A stretch of DNA of 61,102 nt from a virus (lineage: Duplodnaviria > Caudoviricetes): positions 1-61,102 of the IMG/VR virus record IMGVR_UViG_3300046171_000055; one strand, 5' to 3'. This document shows positions 57,497 through 61,102 of the stretch, piece by piece (within the stretch, counting starts at the first letter, position 1; every line of letters begins with the position of its first letter). The position numbers and the translations under genes were made by a program. Under the pieces are notes generated by a model. The model did no database searches, was not told where the DNA came from, and worked only from the letters and a program-made list of their open reading frames with translations.

Positions 57497-59517
57497 TACG
57501 ATAATTTATGAATAGCAATCCACGAACTTGGTGCATCAGGCATAGTTCCCACACCTGTTACTGTTGTTGTTGCTTGTGCTTGAAGATTAGACATTGTTGC
57601 AAGTAACTGCATTCTAACATTATCAATTGTAGTTTCTAAAGGAAAACTAACTTCCCAACCTGAAGCTACTGTATCAGATACTTGTTGAATCCAAGTTTGC
57701 AAATAAGGAACTCCTCCCAATGTTGCCGTAAATGCAGCATATTGAGTTGTAATATCTTGATTAGCAATATTAACACCTATATTAACAATGAACTTTCCGG
57801 GAGTATTAAATGTAATATCACCTCCGTTACTAATAGTTACTTCAGGAGTTGTTTGTCCTTTACCAAAAAGTATTACTGTTGATGCACCGGGACTAATTGC
57901 TTGATTATTGTTTTCTGCATCTTCAATAACCTTGTTCATTTGGAAAGGTGTACTGTTAACTGTAACTGCACCTAAACCTGAAGGGGGACTAATACTTACA
58001 TTTGTTCCCGGAACAATTTGAGTTACTCCTCCACCTCCTGAAGAAACTTCCCATTGTGTTGCAACTTCAGAGCCACTAATGCTTTTGACTGCTAGTACTT
58101 GAGATTGAAGAGTTGGTAAAGTATCGGGTAATGTAATTGTTTGTGCACCTCCTGAAGCCGGTGCTTGTAAAATTATATCTACAGGAGAACCTTTTCCGGC
58201 TCCTGTTTGTAATTTAACTTTACCACCTTCTGTACTTCCGTTACCTTTAACGTAAATAATACCTTCTTGATTAGTAGGAGCAGTTTCTTTTCCAACTGTT
58301 AAAATATTACTTGAGGTGTCCCAATTTAAATTTGTATCTCCATTGAAAGCACCATTGTCATTAAATTGTATTTGACCATTAGAGCCTCCCGGAGTACCTC
58401 CTCCTCCTCCTGCAAAATTAATAGTAGTTGGAGTAGTAGTAGTATCCATAGTCACACCTGAACCTGTAAACTCAAAGAGTCCTGATTCTGTAGTATTACC
58501 TACTTTAATACTATTTACTGTATTAACTGATTGAGCACTTATAGTTATTGTTTTAATACCCTGTGCATCAGTATTGACTGAAGCTGATAAACCTGAACCT
58601 ATTGTTACTTTATCACTCCAATATCCTGCTTGAGTATCTGCTGCATCATATTTGAATTTGTCATTACTGCCACCACCTGTTGGGGTTGGTATCCAATTTA
58701 ATTGACCATTACCATCAGTTTCTAAAATTTGTTGTGCTCCACCTTGCTTTGTTGGAAAGTGTATATAATAATCATCACCTGCACCTGCCTCAGTAGAACC
58801 TGCTAAGTGTACATAGTTTCCTCCTCTGTGTTCTAGTGCTGCATTACCATAATTAATGGCATCACCTATACCATAAGTATCAAGAGTTACCTGACCGGCT
58901 TTCTCTTTTCCACCAAGTGTATGTTCTGAAAAAGTACCACCTAATACATAAGTGTTATATTGATTACCATCAAAAGCACCACCGTTATTATACTGAACAG
59001 AAGTATCAATACCTCCCGGAGTACCACCACCACCACCACTTCCATTGGAAGCTGCAGTAATAATACCTTGGTCATTAACAGTTATATCAGCATTCGTATA
59101 AGAACCTGATACACCTTGACTATTCAAATTAAACTCAAAAGTACCGGGGGTACTTCCTTGTATAACTAAATCATTAGACTTAAATGTTAATTGGTCTTGA
59201 GATTCAGTTATAGACTCAGTTAAACCTGAATTACCTGTTACATCAAACTTTGTAAGAAAACCTTTACCTGAATCAGTAATAGTTATTTCATTAGTGTTAG
59301 GGTCTGCACTAATACTAATGCCACCTGCACCAACTAAATTAATAATTCCTGTTAATCCGTTTAAAGATTGTACAGAACTTGAACCTCCGGGTACCAACGC
59401 TATGATGTCCCCAATGGTATAATTCATTGTAATATCGGCATCATCTACGTTTGTGCCAATTACTTTGTCATTTACCGTTGGTATTCCATCTATTGCGTAA
59501 GTACTTATTCTTGCCAT
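57496..59517 (-). CDS. Tail fibre-like protein
   Basis: VQSLNGLTG, repeated GGGGTPGG..(S/Q)(V/I)Q(Y/F)N..GAF.G units, LETDGNGQLNW. Confidence 0.72.
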   Translation of the reverse strand: MARISTYAIDGIPTVNDKVIGTNVDDADITMNYTIGDIIALVPGGSSSVQSLNGLTGIINLVGAGGISISADPNTNEITITDSGKGFLTKFDVTGNSGLTESITESQDQLTFKSNDLVIQGSTPGTFEFNLNSQGVSGSYTNADITVNDQGIITAASNGSGGGGGTPGGIDTSVQYNNGGAFDGNQYNTYVLGGTFSEHTLGGKEKAGQVTLDTYGIGDAINYGNAALEHRGGNYVHLAGSTEAGAGDDYYIHFPTKQGGAQQILETDGNGQLNWIPTPTGGGSNDKFKYDAADTQAGYWSDKVTIGSGLSASVNTDAQGIKTITISAQSVNTVNSIKVGNTTESGLFEFTGSGVTMDTTTTPTTINFAGGGGGTPGGSNGQIQFNDNGAFNGDTNLNWDTSSNILTVGKETAPTNQEGIIYVKGNGSTEGGKVKLQTGAGKGSPVDIILQAPASGGAQTITLPDTLPTLQSQVLAVKSISGSEVATQWEVSSGGGGVTQIVPGTNVSISPPSGLGAVTVNSTPFQMNKVIEDAENNNQAISPGASTVILFGKGQTTPEVTISNGGDITFNTPGKFIVNIGVNIANQDITTQYAAFTATLGGVPYLQTWIQQVSDTVASGWEVSFPLETTIDNVRMQLLATMSNLQAQATTTVTGVGTMPDAPSSWIAIHKLS

Positions 59518-59765
59518 TAGTCTACTTTTTCTAGTTCTTTCTTTTTAATCTCTCCCGATTTAACATCTACAGAAACATCGGCTCCATATTTGTCTGCTAA
59601 TTTTTTTTCAATATTAGCGTAATCTTTTTTAAGTGTTTCAATCTGTTTAATGATTGAAGCTTTCTGCAATTCAGTATCACCTAGTTGCATTTTTAATTGA
59701 TTAAAAGCATTCAGCATTGTTTGTACTGATGTCAATTCTTCTTTTGTCAATTTCTTTTTTGCCAT
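59517..59765 (-). CDS. Small coiled-coil protein (possible fibre chaperone)
   Basis: 82 aa; TATCTTTG box at 59799-59806. Confidence 0.6.
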   Translation of the reverse strand: MAKKKLTKEELTSVQTMLNAFNQLKMQLGDTELQKASIIKQIETLKKDYANIEKKLADKYGADVSVDVKSGEIKKKELEKVD

Positions 59766-59843
59766 TTTAATAAAATTTAATTAAGATTTATATAATCACA
59801 AAGATAGTAAATTTTCATTTACATTATCATCTGCACAATGCTA

Positions 59844-61102
59844 TTAGAATTCACATCGGGTTAGCAGTATACAAGTAGTGCTTCCATCTTCAAAGGTAAT
59901 CATAAGGTATGGAGTTTTACCATTAGTAAAAAACTCTTGACTTGATATTGTTGTTGCACTTCCATTTAGAAAAATATCTCCACCACCAGACGCACCTGCA
60001 GGACCTTGTGGACCTTGTGGTCCCTGTGGTCCTTGTGGTCCCGTTGACCCGGTATTACCTTGTTTACCTTGTGGTCCCTCAGGTCCCTGTGGACCTGTAG
60101 GACCTGTTGCTCCGGTATCCCCGGTTTTTCCCTGTGGTCCCTCAGGTCCCTGTGGACCTGTAGGACCTGTAGGTCCTGTACTTCCTGTATCCCCTTTTAC
60201 TCCTTGTGAGCCTGTATCCCCTTTAGGTCCCTCATCTCCTTGGTCACCTTTAGGTCCTTGTGGTCCAACACCTCCTGTTGACCCTGTATCTCCCTTTGGT
60301 CCTTGAGGTCCTTCAGGACCAACACCTCCGGTACTACCTGTATCTCCCTTTGGTCCTTGTGGTCCAACACCACCGGTGTCTCCTGTTTTACCTTGTGGTC
60401 CTTCCGGTCCTTCAGGTCCTTGAGGTCCCGTTGCTCCCGTACTTCCGGTATCACCCTTAGGTCCTTGCGAACCGGTATCACCCTTAGGACCCTGAGGTCC
60501 CTCAGGTCCTACTGCACCCGTATCTCCTTTCGGACCCTGTGCACCCGTATCTCCTGTTTTACCCTGAGGTCCTTCAGGTCCCTCCGGTCCTTGTGGTCCG
60601 GTGTTTCCTGTATCTCCTTTGGGTCCTTCAGGTCCGGTACTTCCTGTATCTCCTTTGGGTCCCTGAGGACCTGTAGCACCCGTGTCTCCTTTATCACCTT
60701 GAGGACCTTTTGGTCCCTCCGGTCCGGTACTTCCGGTATCTCCTTTTGCACCTTGAGGTCCTGTAGCACCTGTATCTCCTGTGTCCCCTTTCGGACCTTG
60801 TGGACCCTCCGGTCCTTCCGGTCCTACTGCACCTGTATCTCCTTTTGGACCTTGAGGTCCCGTAGCACCCGTGTCTCCTTTATCGCCTTTTGCACCTGCC
60901 GGACCTTGAGGTCCGATAGGACCCGTAGCACCTGTGTCACCGGTCTTACCCTGAGGACCTTCCGGTCCCTCAGGACCTGTTGCTCCTGTGTCGCCCTTAA
61001 CTCCTTGTGGACCTTGAGAACCTGTATCACCCTTTGGACCTTGAGAACCTGTGTCCCCCTTTGGTCCTTCAGGACCTTCCGGTCCTTGTGGTCCTTCAGG
61101 AC
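59844..61102 (-). CDS. Collagen-like fibre protein, 3' part (616 aa in total when joined with 1..592)
   Basis: G-X-Y register kept from the junction to ~59990, then [15 protein letters not shown]...[12 protein letters not shown] at 59844-59846; 592+1259=1851 nt. Confidence 0.9.
   Translation of the reverse strand, partial: PEGPQGPEGPEGPKGDTGSQGPKGDTGSQGPQGVKGDTGATGPEGPEGPQGKTGDTGATGPIGPQGPAGAKGDKGDTGATGPQGPKGDTGAVGPEGPEGPQGPKGDTGDTGATGPQGAKGDTGSTGPEGPKGPQGDKGDTGATGPQGPKGDTGSTGPEGPKGDTGNTGPQGPEGPEGPQGKTGDTGAQGPKGDTGAVGPEGPQGPKGDTGSQGPKGDTGSTGATGPQGPEGPEGPQGKTGDTGGVGPQGPKGDTGSTGGVGPEGPQGPKGDTGSTGGVGPQGPKGDQGDEGPKGDTGSQGVKGDTGSTGPTGPTGPQGPEGPQGKTGDTGATGPTGPQGPEGPQGKQGNTGSTGPQGPQGPQGPQGPAGASGGGDIFLNGSATTISSQEFFTNGKTPYLMITFEDGSTTCILLTRCEF

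Noticed and set aside
26822-57882. Numerous + strand ORFs opposite the late genes (also 8522..9799 and 5498..7698)
   Set aside because: Antisense shadows of long minus-strand genes, with no motifs or independent signals.
60197-61030. Short alternative-frame ORFs in the collagen region (also 110..367)
   Set aside because: Shadows of the G-X-Y repeat in other frames.
1-61102. Alternative genetic code or diversity-generating retroelement
   Set aside because: Genes tile densely under the standard bacterial code, the tRNA is not a suppressor, and I saw no reverse transcriptase or template/variable repeat pair.

Overview
The window looks like a complete, circularly permuted ~61.1 kb genome of an AT-rich, podovirus-like tailed phage of Bacteroidota (probably Flavobacteriia). 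A collagen-like gene reads in frame across the 61102/1 junction, and Bacteroidota TAnnTTTG promoter boxes sit upstream of many genes. The + strand arm (~11.5-26.6 kb) is the early/replication region: amidoligase, GATase-II/GGCT fusion, transglycosylase, Sak-like annealing protein, exonuclease, SSB, primase-helicase (broken by three frameshifts), SF2 helicase and VRR-NUC. I recognised no DNA polymerase, RNA polymerase or integrase. The - strand arm carries terminase, portal, scaffold, capsid, tail, ejection proteins (including a 2922-aa zincin-containing protein), fibres, lysis genes, a cluster of very basic small proteins and GroEL/GroES. There is one tRNA-Arg(TCT). Two signals stand out. (1) Thirteen copies of the 16-bp palindrome GTGTCTT-YR-AAGACAC lie in genes and intergenic DNA. 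They are about 0.8-1 kb apart at the start of the early arm and get sparser further along, and two of them flank a first early gene with an HTH-like segment; this is a candidate undescribed site/protein system. (2) A complete type III hammerhead ribozyme (13213-13263) directly abuts one of these palindromes in the early operon. Protein calls come from reading motifs by eye; no database searches were run.
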